This document shows positions 8,279-17,435 of a stretch of 32,409 bases of DNA, one piece after another (positions within the stretch are counted from its first letter, which is position 1; each line of letters begins with the position of its first letter). This DNA is from Candidatus Hydrogenedentota bacterium. Lineage in GTDB: Bacteria; Hydrogenedentota; Hydrogenedentia; Hydrogenedentales; SLHB01. The translations under genes were made by a program, and so were the position numbers. Under the pieces are notes generated by a model. That model saw nothing but the letters and a program-made list of their open reading frames with translations. It was not told the origin of the DNA and searched no databases. The DNA is taken from positions 1-32,409 of the forward strand of contig JARKSN010000062.1 of the NCBI GenBank assembly GCA_029974275.1, written 5' to 3'.

Positions 8279-9000
8279 GTCGACGCGCTCCCCCCAGTGT
8301 CCGCCGACGCCTGGGGCGCGTCAGCCGATTGCCACGTTGCGGCGTCAAGCAATCCAACAATCGCTTCAGCCGTGATGGAGCCGGCATCCGGATAGGTCGC
8401 GCCCAACATGATCACGACGCCGTGCACGCAAAAAAAGCCATTCCACGCAAACGCAGCCTCGCCGGGATTGGGCGCCGGATCCTGGGCGATCGCGTAAAAC
8501 CCGCGCAGGCCGTTTTGCTCGACGCGTTGCACCGGAGGGGGTTGGACGGAGAAGGCATCCCCCAATCCATTCCACCACGCCGTAAGCATCTCAAGCAACG
8601 ACGGATCCAAGCCAAAATCCGGCATCAGCGCATCCGGGCCAAGCAAAGTCAAACGAATCCGCACGGCCTCCTTGCCGGGCAACGCAATGTCCGCCGTCAT
8701 CTGCCCTCCCGCGCCAAGGTCCTTGACGTCGCACATCGCTCCCCCCGGCAACGTCAGCGACAACGTGCCAAACACGGGCGAACTCACCGCACAGACGATG
8801 GGGGGAGGCGGCGGAGCGGCCGGCGCCGGCGAATCGGGCGGCAAGACGCTCGGCTCGGGCGGCGCCGCCGACTGATCCGAAGGACTCGACGCCGGGGGCA
8901 GGCTTGGCGGCGCCGGCGAACATGCGGCGAAACCGAGCGACAACGCGATCGCGCATCCGGCAACGATCGCAACGACAGCACAACGCGCGATAGCTTTCAT
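8275..9000 (-). CDS. hypothetical exported protein, probable lipoprotein with Pro-rich linker
   Basis: Fills the gap exactly with ATGA overlaps at both ends; basic N-terminus, hydrophobic stretch, lipobox-like VAGC/FAAC, Pro/Ser/Ala linker, about 165-aa globular domain. Confidence 0.75.
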   Translation of the reverse strand: MKAIARCAVVAIVAGCAIALSLGFAACSPAPPSLPPASSPSDQSAAPPEPSVLPPDSPAPAAPPPPPIVCAVSSPVFGTLSLTLPGGAMCDVKDLGAGGQMTADIALPGKEAVRIRLTLLGPDALMPDFGLDPSLLEMLTAWWNGLGDAFSVQPPPVQRVEQNGLRGFYAIAQDPAPNPGEAAFAWNGFFCVHGVVIMLGATYPDAGSITAEAIVGLLDAATWQSADAPQASADTGGSAST

Positions 9001-10337
9001 GGCTGCACCTTTCGCGCACGCTTCATCACGCGATCCAATTCTTTTTGAGTGGTTTCCTGAGCAGAATCGAGCGCCTGTTTGGGCGTTTTCAATCCATATA
9101 GGGTCTCGCTGACCGCCCGCTCAAGCTGCCCCATGTAAAAGGCCTGCGCGGGCATGACGGGACGTTGGTGACGGGTGTTCTTGAGAATCTCGTAAAACGT
9201 TTCAAGCTTGGGATCGCCCTGGACATGCTCAAAGCCCCTGGAAGCCTTGTACGCCGGAAACGTGCCGGTCGTGACCACCATCGATTGACCCGCCTCATCG
9301 CTCGTGCACATCCATTTCATAAAGGCGAAAGCTTCGCGCGGATGACGCGAGCCGCGCGGGATCGCGATGGCCCAGCCGCCCATCCACACGCTGTTGTCAA
9401 AACCGATCCGCGACGGATACGGCATGGCGGCCACGCCGTAGTCAAGATCCGGGCCATATTTCTTGAAGAAATTGACGTTTGACACGTGGCCTGCCGCCAT
9501 GGCCATCTTGCCGCGAATGAAGGGATTGTCCGTCATGTCGCCAAACCCTTCGGAAAAACTGTTGATCGCCTCCAGCCCGTACCGGTCGGCATAGGACTTC
9601 ATCCAAACCAGGGCCTCCAAAATATGCGGGTCATCGCCGCAGGTCACCCGCATGGCGGCATCATCGTAAAACTCCCCGCCAAAGGCCCAGCCCCACGTGA
9701 AAATCGAATTCGCCATCCCGAACACGTTCCACGGAATGAACCCGACTTGGCGGATGCGCCCCTTCTCGTCAAACCGCGTGAGCTTGTCCGCAAAACGATC
9801 GAGTTCCTCGATGGTTCGAGGCGGAACATCCACGGGCAAGCCCGCGTCGACAAAACACTGCTTGTTCCAGATAAACGCGAAGTTCGGATCGGCATCGTAC
9901 GTAAGCGCATAGGTCTTGCCGAGAAACTGGCACTGCTTGGCGCACGGCTCCCAAAAATCGGCCTGGCGAATGCCGAACTCGTCCATAAGGGCATCAAGCG
10001 GTTCAAGGACCCCGCGCGCGCCCCATTCCGACACCTGCGGCCCATCGACAAACACCACATCGGGCGGTTCCCCGGCGGAAACGGACAAGAAGAATTTTTG
10101 ATTCGACGAGAGGTTGTTGGGAATGAACAACGAACGAACGACAATAGCGTCTTGGCTGGCGTTGAACGACTCCACCAGACGGCGGAATTCCTTGCCGTCG
10201 TTGCCGCCCCAAGGATGCCACAGCGTGATGACCTGCTTGCCCGGGGGCGACGGGGCCGGAGCGCCCGTCAGCGAGTAAAGGCCCGTCAGCAACACGCCGA
10301 TCGCGACGAACAAAATCAGCGTGCGCAACGAACTCAT
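8997..10337 (-). CDS. ABC transporter sugar-binding protein (SBP family 1)
   Basis: N-terminal hydrophobic anchor; ITLWHPW, AGEPPDVV, LEPLD, WNK..F..AGL, PPRT.EEL, F..GKMAM, GGWAIAIP, AFAFMKWM. Confidence 0.93.
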   Translation of the reverse strand: MSSLRTLILFVAIGVLLTGLYSLTGAPAPSPPGKQVITLWHPWGGNDGKEFRRLVESFNASQDAIVVRSLFIPNNLSSNQKFFLSVSAGEPPDVVFVDGPQVSEWGARGVLEPLDALMDEFGIRQADFWEPCAKQCQFLGKTYALTYDADPNFAFIWNKQCFVDAGLPVDVPPRTIEELDRFADKLTRFDEKGRIRQVGFIPWNVFGMANSIFTWGWAFGGEFYDDAAMRVTCGDDPHILEALVWMKSYADRYGLEAINSFSEGFGDMTDNPFIRGKMAMAAGHVSNVNFFKKYGPDLDYGVAAMPYPSRIGFDNSVWMGGWAIAIPRGSRHPREAFAFMKWMCTSDEAGQSMVVTTGTFPAYKASRGFEHVQGDPKLETFYEILKNTRHQRPVMPAQAFYMGQLERAVSETLYGLKTPKQALDSAQETTQKELDRVMKRARKVQP

Positions 10338-10774
10338 CCCTCAATCACCTTGCGACAGATATCGTTGAGCATCTTCCCATCCGCCAGATCGCCGATCTCC
10401 TTCTTGATGGCGCCGGTCAACTTGCCCGCGTGGTTCAGCTCCGGATGCGCCGCATAGTGCGCACGGACACGCGCCTCAAGCTCCGACGCGGAAAGCTGCC
10501 GAGGCAAAAATTCCTCTATGACGGCGATTTCGCATTCGGTGGCGGCGGCTTCGTCTTGCCTGTCATGCTGCCGGAATATTTCAAGGGATTGCTGACGCTT
10601 GCGCACTTCGCCGCGCAACACCGCGATCGCGTCGGGCTCAGCGACCTCGGAACCGGTCTCTTTTTCCTTCAACAACAGCGCCGCCTTGACCATGCGCAGG
10701 CATTCAAGCCGCGCGTGACTCTTGCTCTTCATGGCGTCTTTGATGGCATGCTGAATGGATGCAACGATAGACAT
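10334..10774 (-). CDS. yqeY: GatB/YqeY domain protein
   Basis: IKDAMKSK..RL..LRMVK, EVRKRQQS...F....R, E..EI.VI.EFLPRQLS, G.L.G, ADGK; ATG 10774 follows a GGGAGG RBS. Confidence 0.9.
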   Translation of the reverse strand: MSIVASIQHAIKDAMKSKSHARLECLRMVKAALLLKEKETGSEVAEPDAIAVLRGEVRKRQQSLEIFRQHDRQDEAAATECEIAVIEEFLPRQLSASELEARVRAHYAAHPELNHAGKLTGAIKKEIGDLADGKMLNDICRKVIEG

Positions 10775-10834
10775 ACGCGCCCCTCCCTGCGAACCCACTG
10801 TAGCCAAGTCGCGGATTCGAATGCAACGCCCCCG

Positions 10835-11827
10835 TCAAAACGGTTCCGCGCTTTTGCGCAAAGCCTCGATCGAAACCCGAAGAACCTCGGCGCGCGTCGC
10901 GTCCAACGGCTGCTTCACCGTGGCGCCGGCCGCCGCCGGATGACCGCCGCCGCCGAACCGGCGCGCAAGCGCGGCGCAATTGACGCCCGGGCGCGCACGA
11001 AGATTTATCTTGGTCTCGTCAGGAGAAAATTCGCGAAACAAAATGGCCAAATGCACGCCATCGATGCTCCGCAGAAAATTGACCAACCCCTCGATGTCTT
11101 CCGCGCCGGCCCCCGTCTCTTCCATATCCGAACAAAGCAATTCGCTATACACCAACATGCCGTCATGCAGCCGGGTGACGCGCGCCAGCATCCGCTGCAA
11201 CAGGCCAAGCTTGCCGACGGTGAGGACATCAAAAATGCGCATCGATATTTCCGCGACGTCAAGTCCCGTCTCCACCAGCGACGCCGCGACGCGATGGACG
11301 CGCGGAGAAGTATTGGCATAGCGAAAACTGCCGGTGTCGGTGACGAGCGCGACATACGCGCATTCGGCAAGAGCCTGCGACATGGAAAGCCCCGCCGTTT
11401 CGACAAGCCGCACAATGATTTCGCCGACTGCCGCATACGTCGGATCGATAAAGACAAGATCGCCTTCCGGCTCCGGCTCGTCATGGTGATCTATCACCAA
11501 CAACCGCGCCGGCGGCTCAAGCAACGCCGCCGCCTTGCCCGCGCGCATCCGGCGCGAGGCATCCACCAATACCGCCGCATCATAAGGCCCCCGAGCCCCC
11601 TCCACGCCCACGATGTCGCTTCCCCCAGGCAAATGCCGGTACAGCTGCGGAACGGGATCCGAGAGAACGCAATCAATGCGCTTCTTGCCCATGCTCGCGA
11701 GCAGATGGCGCATCGCCAACATGCTGCCGACCGCGTCTCCATCGGGACTGGTGTGCGTCGTGATCAGAAAGGAGTCCGCGCCGCGCAACGCATCCAGCAT
11801 TCCAGCAAGATCAGTCGTGATCGGCAT
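10835..11827 (-). CDS. nrnA: DHH/DHHA1 phosphoesterase (nanoRNase/pAp phosphatase)
   Basis: H.SPDGDA.GS, IDHH, TDTGSF, GGGGHPAAAG; canonical position after rbfA. Confidence 0.92.
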   Translation of the reverse strand: MPITTDLAGMLDALRGADSFLITTHTSPDGDAVGSMLAMRHLLASMGKKRIDCVLSDPVPQLYRHLPGGSDIVGVEGARGPYDAAVLVDASRRMRAGKAAALLEPPARLLVIDHHDEPEPEGDLVFIDPTYAAVGEIIVRLVETAGLSMSQALAECAYVALVTDTGSFRYANTSPRVHRVAASLVETGLDVAEISMRIFDVLTVGKLGLLQRMLARVTRLHDGMLVYSELLCSDMEETGAGAEDIEGLVNFLRSIDGVHLAILFREFSPDETKINLRARPGVNCAALARRFGGGGHPAAAGATVKQPLDATRAEVLRVSIEALRKSAEPF

Positions 11828-12191
11828 CCAGACCGCCCCCCTCCTGCTCTTCCTTGTGCAGTTCCTTGAACACTTCTTCGAGGTGGAACACGCGATCGAG
11901 GGAATCGTCTTCGAAAAAACGCAACTCGGGCGTAAAACGAAGCCGTAGATGCTTGCCCAAATGCTTGCGTATCCATCCGACGCTGTGACGCAAGGCGATC
12001 AGCGAACTCTTCCGTTCGCTCTCGGAACCCAACACGCTGACATAAAGATTGGCATATCGCAGATCGGACGAAACCCGCACGTCCATGATCGACACGAACC
12101 CGATCCGCGGGTCCTTCAACCCTTTTTGCAGCAGGTCGGCGACTTCCTTGCGGATGGCTTCCGCGACGCGTTTGGCTCTGGCTTCGCTCAT
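11811..12191 (-). CDS. rbfA: ribosome-binding factor A
   Basis: R..RVAE.I, LKDPRIG, V.VS.DL.YA, LRFTPELRF..D.S; start ATG 12191. Confidence 0.96.
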   Translation of the reverse strand: MSEARAKRVAEAIRKEVADLLQKGLKDPRIGFVSIMDVRVSSDLRYANLYVSVLGSESERKSSLIALRHSVGWIRKHLGKHLRLRFTPELRFFEDDSLDRVFHLEEVFKELHKEEQEGGGLDADHD

Positions 12192-12216
12192 GATTCCGAT
12201 CGTGTTCGAGAGGGCA

Positions 12217-12516
12217 TCACAACATTTCAATGCGGTAATCGATCAATTCAGCCCCGGCCTTGTCCGCGGAAAAACGGACAATCTCGTTTAACTGCTCGTT
12301 CGCATGCCGGGCATCATCCGAAACGACGCACACCGCAAGCTGCGCACGACCCCACAAATCCTTGTCGCCCGTTTCCGCCACCGAACAATTGAACCGGTTG
12401 TGCAACAGCTGCTTCAAGCTTTTGATGATTCGCCGCTTATCCTTGAGGGAGCGCGCCCCAGGCGTCAATACATCCATCTCGAGCAGGCCGATGGTCACCG
12501 GTGCGGCCTCCGCCAT
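12217..12516 (-). CDS. ylxP: DUF503 family protein
   Basis: SLKDKRRIIKSL, RFN.SVAE...D.W; canonical position between infB and rbfA. Confidence 0.92.
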   Translation of the reverse strand: MAEAAPVTIGLLEMDVLTPGARSLKDKRRIIKSLKQLLHNRFNCSVAETGDKDLWGRAQLAVCVVSDDARHANEQLNEIVRFSADKAGAELIDYRIEML

Positions 12517-12518
12517 CC

Positions 12519-15404
12519 CTACGAAGACAACGTCTTCGCCACTTGCTCCAACCGATACGCCTCGATAACGTCCCCGGTCTTGATATCATCAAAGTTGTCA
12601 ATCTTGATGCCGCATTCGAAGCCGCTGGTCACCGAACGCGCATCGTCCTTCTCGCGACGAAGCGTCCCAATCTTCCCCGTATGCACGACATTGCCATCGC
12701 GCACCAAGCGCACCAAGCCGCCGCGGACGATCTCGCCGTCCTGCACAAAACAGCCCGCGATGTTTCCAAACGCCGAAGAACGGAAAACCGCGCGAATCTC
12801 CGCATGTCCGGTGGTGACTTCCTTGATATCCGGGGCCAACATGCCTTCCAGGGCCTTGCGCACCTCGTCAATCGCCTCGTAAATGACGCGATACGTGCGA
12901 ATGTCCACCCCTTCCTGTTCCGCAAGCTTTTGGGCGCGGGGACTGGCCGCCACGTGGAAGCCGATGATCACCGCATCGCTGGCGCTGGCCAACAGAACGT
13001 CGGATTCGTTGATGCCGCCGACGCCCGAATGGACAATCGTGATACGGGCATCGCCCGTGCCAACCTTCGCCAAGGAAGAATCCAACACGTCGACGGATCC
13101 CTGCACGTCCGCCTTGATCACGATCCGCAACTCCGGCTTTTCGCCCGCCAACATGCGCTCGTGAAAATCCTCGAGGGTGATGTGCTTGGCGCCTTGGCCA
13201 TGACGCTGCCGGGTCAAAATCGCGCGTTTTTCGGCGACAGCCCGCGCGACACGTTCATCCTGCGCCACAATAAACACGTCGCCCGCATTGGGCGGCACAT
13301 GGAACCCCGTCACCACCACCGGCGACGAAGGACCCGCTTCCGTAATCGCCTCGCCCTTGGCATTGTACATGGCGCGGACGCGGCCATACGCCTCGCCCGC
13401 CAGAAACGCATCGCCCACGCGCAACGTTCCATTCTGCACAAGCACCCACGCCACAGGCCCCTGACCACGGCTGATCTCCGACTCTATAATGGCGCCGCGC
13501 GCGCGCTTTTTCGGATTGCCCTTCAACTCGAGCAATTCGGCCTCGAGCCCCAACAGTTCGATAAGCTCGTCAATGCCGATGTTTTGCTTGGCGGACAACT
13601 CCTTGATCACCGTCTTGCCGCCCCATTTTTCGTCGACAAGCTCATACCGCGTCAACTCCTGACGAATCCGATCGGGCTGCGCATCGGGCTTGTCAATCTT
13701 GTTGATCGCCACGACAATCGGAACCTCCGCCGCGCGCGCATGATCGATGGCCTCGACCGTTTGCGGCATCACGCCGTCGTCCGCCGCCACGACCAACACC
13801 ACAATGTCCGTTATTTTAGCGCCGCGCGCGCGCATCTGCGTAAAGGCCTCGTGACCCGGCGTGTCGAGAAACACGACGCGCTTGTCCTCGATCGCCACGT
13901 CATATGCCGCGATGTGCTGCGTGATGCCGCCCGCCTCGCCCGCCGCGACATTCGCCGTGCGCACGCGATCGAGCAGCGTCGTCTTGCCATGGTCCACATG
14001 CCCCATCACCGTAATCACCGGGGCGCGCCAGACCAGATCGGCCGGATCGTCAGGCTCTTCCGCCATCAAATCAGCCTCTTCCGGAATGACGGCATGCACC
14101 TCGAACCCATGCTCCTCGGCCAACGCCCGGATCAAATCAAGCCCAAGCGTTTGGTTCTTCGACGCGAGAATGTCCCGATCCATCAACGCCAGGATGACGT
14201 CGTTGACGGGAACGCCCATGGCGTTCGCCAGCGCCTCGACCGTCATGCCGTCTTCCACTTCAAGAACGGCCATTTCCTGTGCCTCTTCCATTTCCGCCCC
14301 CATAGAATCATCGTCGCGGGCATGCCGGCGCCGACGCCGACGCATCCCCGCCGGCCCCGCCGCCGAAAATTCACGAACCGTAGCCGCCGCCGCACGCCGC
14401 ATCGCCTCCTCAGCCCGCATCTTTTCGGCCTTCTTCTGCCGCTTACGGGCCGTCTTGCCAGGAGACAACGTAGCGCTCTTGCGCGGCGCCGCGCCCTCTC
14501 CTTGAAACTTGGCGGCGCCCTGACCTGTCTGCCGTTCGCGCAAACGCAGCGTTTGCAGCTTCAAGGCGCGTTCGGCCGCCTTGCGCTTCACTTCCTCGAC
14601 AACCGCGGGATCGGGCTTGACCAAAGAGCGCGTGGCCAGTTTGGCCTTGCGCAGTTCTTCTTCCTCTTGACGCCGTTCGGCCTCGGCCAACAACCCCGAT
14701 TTTTCTTCTTCCTCGATCTCCGCTTCCATCGGCTCAAGAGGCGTTTCCGTCGTCGCTATTTCCGGAAGATCGAGCTTCGTGCCATCCGCCCGGACAAACT
14801 CGATGGGGGGCCCCTCGGCCTCGCGCACAGCCCCTATAACCACGGAAGGAGTCTGCGGCTTCTCCTTCTTTTTCGGCAACGCCGGTTTCGGAGCTTTCCC
14901 CTTCGCCGCGATTTCCTCTTCCGGCGCAGATGCCGCCGCCGGAAGGACCTCTGACGTCTCTTCCGTCGAAACCGTCAACGCCGCCTCATCCACGTAGGCC
15001 TCGGCGGGCAAAATCTCCGCGTACGGCGCATGCTCGGCAACGCCAACGGCCTCTTCCGCCGCCGCTGGATGCGCAGTCCCTTTCTTTGCCGCCGCCTTCT
15101 TCTTGGGCGCGGCGGCGCTCTTTTTCTTGGCCTCGGCGGCAGCCTTCCGCTTCGCAGCGGCTTTTTGCCCCGCTTCTTTCAGGCGCTCGTTCCGCTTGCG
15201 CGCCTTCTCCGCATCGTCGAGCTTGGTCTGGCGCACGCGATCGGCGACAGACGGATCATCGTCCACGTCGATAAGCAAATCGCTCTGCTCATCATTGAGC
15301 TCCGCGTTGATGTCCGCGACGTCAAACAGCATATAACGGAGCTTCTCAAGCGCCTCTTCCGCGCTCATGTCGAGCCGTTCCGCCAAGCTGGCCACTGTCC
15401 TCAT
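12519..15404 (-). CDS. infB: translation initiation factor IF-2
   Basis: [57 protein letters not shown]. Confidence 0.99.
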   Translation of the reverse strand: MRTVASLAERLDMSAEEALEKLRYMLFDVADINAELNDEQSDLLIDVDDDPSVADRVRQTKLDDAEKARKRNERLKEAGQKAAAKRKAAAEAKKKSAAAPKKKAAAKKGTAHPAAAEEAVGVAEHAPYAEILPAEAYVDEAALTVSTEETSEVLPAAASAPEEEIAAKGKAPKPALPKKKEKPQTPSVVIGAVREAEGPPIEFVRADGTKLDLPEIATTETPLEPMEAEIEEEEKSGLLAEAERRQEEEELRKAKLATRSLVKPDPAVVEEVKRKAAERALKLQTLRLRERQTGQGAAKFQGEGAAPRKSATLSPGKTARKRQKKAEKMRAEEAMRRAAAATVREFSAAGPAGMRRRRRRHARDDDSMGAEMEEAQEMAVLEVEDGMTVEALANAMGVPVNDVILALMDRDILASKNQTLGLDLIRALAEEHGFEVHAVIPEEADLMAEEPDDPADLVWRAPVITVMGHVDHGKTTLLDRVRTANVAAGEAGGITQHIAAYDVAIEDKRVVFLDTPGHEAFTQMRARGAKITDIVVLVVAADDGVMPQTVEAIDHARAAEVPIVVAINKIDKPDAQPDRIRQELTRYELVDEKWGGKTVIKELSAKQNIGIDELIELLGLEAELLELKGNPKKRARGAIIESEISRGQGPVAWVLVQNGTLRVGDAFLAGEAYGRVRAMYNAKGEAITEAGPSSPVVVTGFHVPPNAGDVFIVAQDERVARAVAEKRAILTRQRHGQGAKHITLEDFHERMLAGEKPELRIVIKADVQGSVDVLDSSLAKVGTGDARITIVHSGVGGINESDVLLASASDAVIIGFHVAASPRAQKLAEQEGVDIRTYRVIYEAIDEVRKALEGMLAPDIKEVTTGHAEIRAVFRSSAFGNIAGCFVQDGEIVRGGLVRLVRDGNVVHTGKIGTLRREKDDARSVTSGFECGIKIDNFDDIKTGDVIEAYRLEQVAKTLSS

Positions 15405-15462
15405 TCTCGCACCCCCACGTACTCAAACCCGCCGTTTGCCGCCAAACCATGCGTCGTCCGCG

Positions 15463-16593
15463 TTACGCTTCTTCGCCGCCGTCCCCATCGGACGCCGCCG
15501 CATCCTCCGCGGCGTCAGGCGACGCCAGGTCGCCTTCCTCTGCGTCGTCGCCGCCCGCCAACTCGACGTCGCTCTTGATGTCGATGCTCCATCCCAGCAA
15601 ACGCGACGCCAAGCGAGCGTTCTGGCCGCGCTTGCCAATCGCCAGCGAAAGCTGATCGTGCGGCACAACCACCAATATCGTCTTGCTGGCCTCGTCCACC
15701 GTGATATCCAATATATCGGCGGGATTCAAGGCGTTCCCGCAAAACTCCACCGGGTCCACGCTCCACCGGACAATATCGATCTTCTCGCCGCAAAGTTCCT
15801 CCACGACCGCACGCACGCGCGCGCCCTTCATGCCCACGCACGCGCCAACAGGATCGACATTCGCATCCTTCGAATGCACCGCCATCTTGGTCCGACCGCC
15901 TGGCTCGCGCGCGATGGACTTGATCTCGATCGTGCCATCATATATCTCCGGAACCTCAAGGTCGAACAAAGCCTTCACCAACTCAGGCGCCGACCGCGAC
16001 AACACCACCTGCGGTCCCCGGGCCGTTTTCTCCACTTCCAACAAATACGCACGGATGCGATCGCCGGGCTTGAAATTCTCCCGGGGCGACTGCTCCCGCA
16101 CGGGAACCACCGCCTCGGCCTTTCCAAGCGACACGATGATGTTGCGGTTGACAACGCGTTTGACCAGCCCCGTCACCAACTCGCCTTCCCGACGCTTGAA
16201 CTCGTCATACACATTGTCCCGCTCGGCATCCTTCAACTTCTGAATGATGACCTGCTTGGCCGTTTGCGCCGCAATGCGCCCAAAATCCTTGGGTTCCGTC
16301 AACACCTTCAGCCGATCGCCCACGCTTGCCCCAGGATTGAGACGCGTCTGCGCATCCTCAAGCGACACTTCCCGCGCCGGATCCGTCACCTCATCCACCA
16401 CCGTCATTATCTCATAGACCTTGAACGCGAGGGTCTTGGGATCCACCTCGACGGAAATCTGGGCATTCGCGCTAAAACTCTTCCGGGCCGCGCTCTCCAG
16501 CGCGCTTCGGATCGCCTCAAGCAATTTCTCGCGGTCGATGCTCTTCTCCGACTGCAATTGCTGAAGGATCACCTGCAAATTCACTTCCAGCAC
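15463..16593 (-). CDS. nusA: transcription termination/antitermination factor NusA
   Basis: FGRIAAQTAKQVI.Q, S1 domain, LSRS, EVPEI, AREPG.RTK, GACVG.KG.RV, SLAIGKRGQNARLA; likely GTG start at 16593 after GAGGAG. Confidence 0.98.
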   Translation of the reverse strand: MLEVNLQVILQQLQSEKSIDREKLLEAIRSALESAARKSFSANAQISVEVDPKTLAFKVYEIMTVVDEVTDPAREVSLEDAQTRLNPGASVGDRLKVLTEPKDFGRIAAQTAKQVIIQKLKDAERDNVYDEFKRREGELVTGLVKRVVNRNIIVSLGKAEAVVPVREQSPRENFKPGDRIRAYLLEVEKTARGPQVVLSRSAPELVKALFDLEVPEIYDGTIEIKSIAREPGGRTKMAVHSKDANVDPVGACVGMKGARVRAVVEELCGEKIDIVRWSVDPVEFCGNALNPADILDITVDEASKTILVVVPHDQLSLAIGKRGQNARLASRLLGWSIDIKSDVELAGGDDAEEGDLASPDAAEDAAASDGDGGEEA

Positions 16594-16619
16594 GACACTC
16601 TCCTCTCGGGTCGAGCCCT

Positions 16620-17078
16620 TCACCTATCCAGATTCGCCTTGTGCACATTGCCCAACGCGATCCGGTAGAGCGTCCCTGCGCACTCGATACGGACCTCGTC
16701 GTCCGCAAAATCCCGCAACACCCCCGAAAACCGCTTCCGGCCTTCGACTGGCGCCAATGTCTTTATCTGCACCGGCTCGCCCACGAACCGGACAAAATCC
16801 GAACGCTTGCGAAGAGGACGATCAAATCCCGGCGACGACACCTCAAGCAAATAACTTTCGCCGACAACCTCCAGCCGATCCAGCACGCCGCCCAACAACT
16901 CCGAAACCGCCTGACAATCGTTCAACGTGATGCCGCCGGCGGACTTGTCGATGAACACCCGCACCAACGGACCACGTCCGCGAGGCACACACTCCACTTC
17001 CACAAGCTCATACCCCTGCGCAACAAGAGGCGGCTCAATCTCCCGCCATACCTGCTGCGCCGCTTCCCGATCCGCCAC
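16620..17078 (-). CDS. rimP: ribosome maturation factor RimP
   Basis: GYELVEVE, RVFIDK..GIT..DC..VS, Y.LEVSSPG.DRPL, KANL; GTG start at 17078 after GGGAGG. Confidence 0.96.
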   Translation of the reverse strand: MADREAAQQVWREIEPPLVAQGYELVEVECVPRGRGPLVRVFIDKSAGGITLNDCQAVSELLGGVLDRLEVVGESYLLEVSSPGFDRPLRKRSDFVRFVGEPVQIKTLAPVEGRKRFSGVLRDFADDEVRIECAGTLYRIALGNVHKANLDR

Positions 17079-17118
17079 AAAAAACCTCCCAACGATTCGT
17101 TTCCCGCGCCGGGTCAAG

Positions 17119-17146
17119 CAAAAAGAGTGGGCCACGACCCACTCTT
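17119..17146 (-). promoter_or_regulatory. rimP leader hairpin / attenuator
   Basis: Minus strand AAGAGUGGG-UCGUGG-CCCACUCUU followed by U's, about 45 nt upstream of rimP; matches the GAGUGGG..CCCACUC hairpin typical of rimP leaders. Confidence 0.75.
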
Positions 17147-17172
17147 AGGTTCCAGGGGACTCCAAGAGCGGG

Positions 17173-17202
17173 ATTCTAACACATACGCGCCACAACCTGC
17201 AA
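17173..17202 (-). promoter_or_regulatory. putative sigma70 promoter of the rimP operon
   Basis: TTGCAG-N18-TAGAAT with extended -10 TG, just upstream of the leader hairpin. Confidence 0.5.
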
Positions 17203-17435
17203 CAGAAAGACCGGCTTGCCTCGCCCCAAAATCGCCCAACAGCGCGCATCCCCTCTTGAAAGACGCCCTGAACAAGCGCAAAGGATTCGCCCAGCGCCAA
17301 CAAATCAAAGACGCGACATGAGGATAACGACGACGAAACGCAAGACAACAACGAAAACTGCCACCCGACCTGCGCCGACGCGACCGCCAAAGGAAAACAA
17401 AAGCCGCCTGAAATCCACTCACGAATGCGACGGAT

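Noticed and set aside
12501..14954. Long plus-strand ORFs antisense to real genes (e.g. 817 aa here; also 10430-11869, 15367-16668, 17475-18887, 22605-23921, 24148-25821, 28795-30051)
   Set aside because: Shadow ORFs: the GC-rich, T-poor plus strand has few stop codons, there are no recognisable motifs, and the opposite strand encodes conserved proteins
15405..15462. ylxR/ylxQ genes between nusA and infB
   Set aside because: The gap is only 58 nt, so these genes are simply absent here
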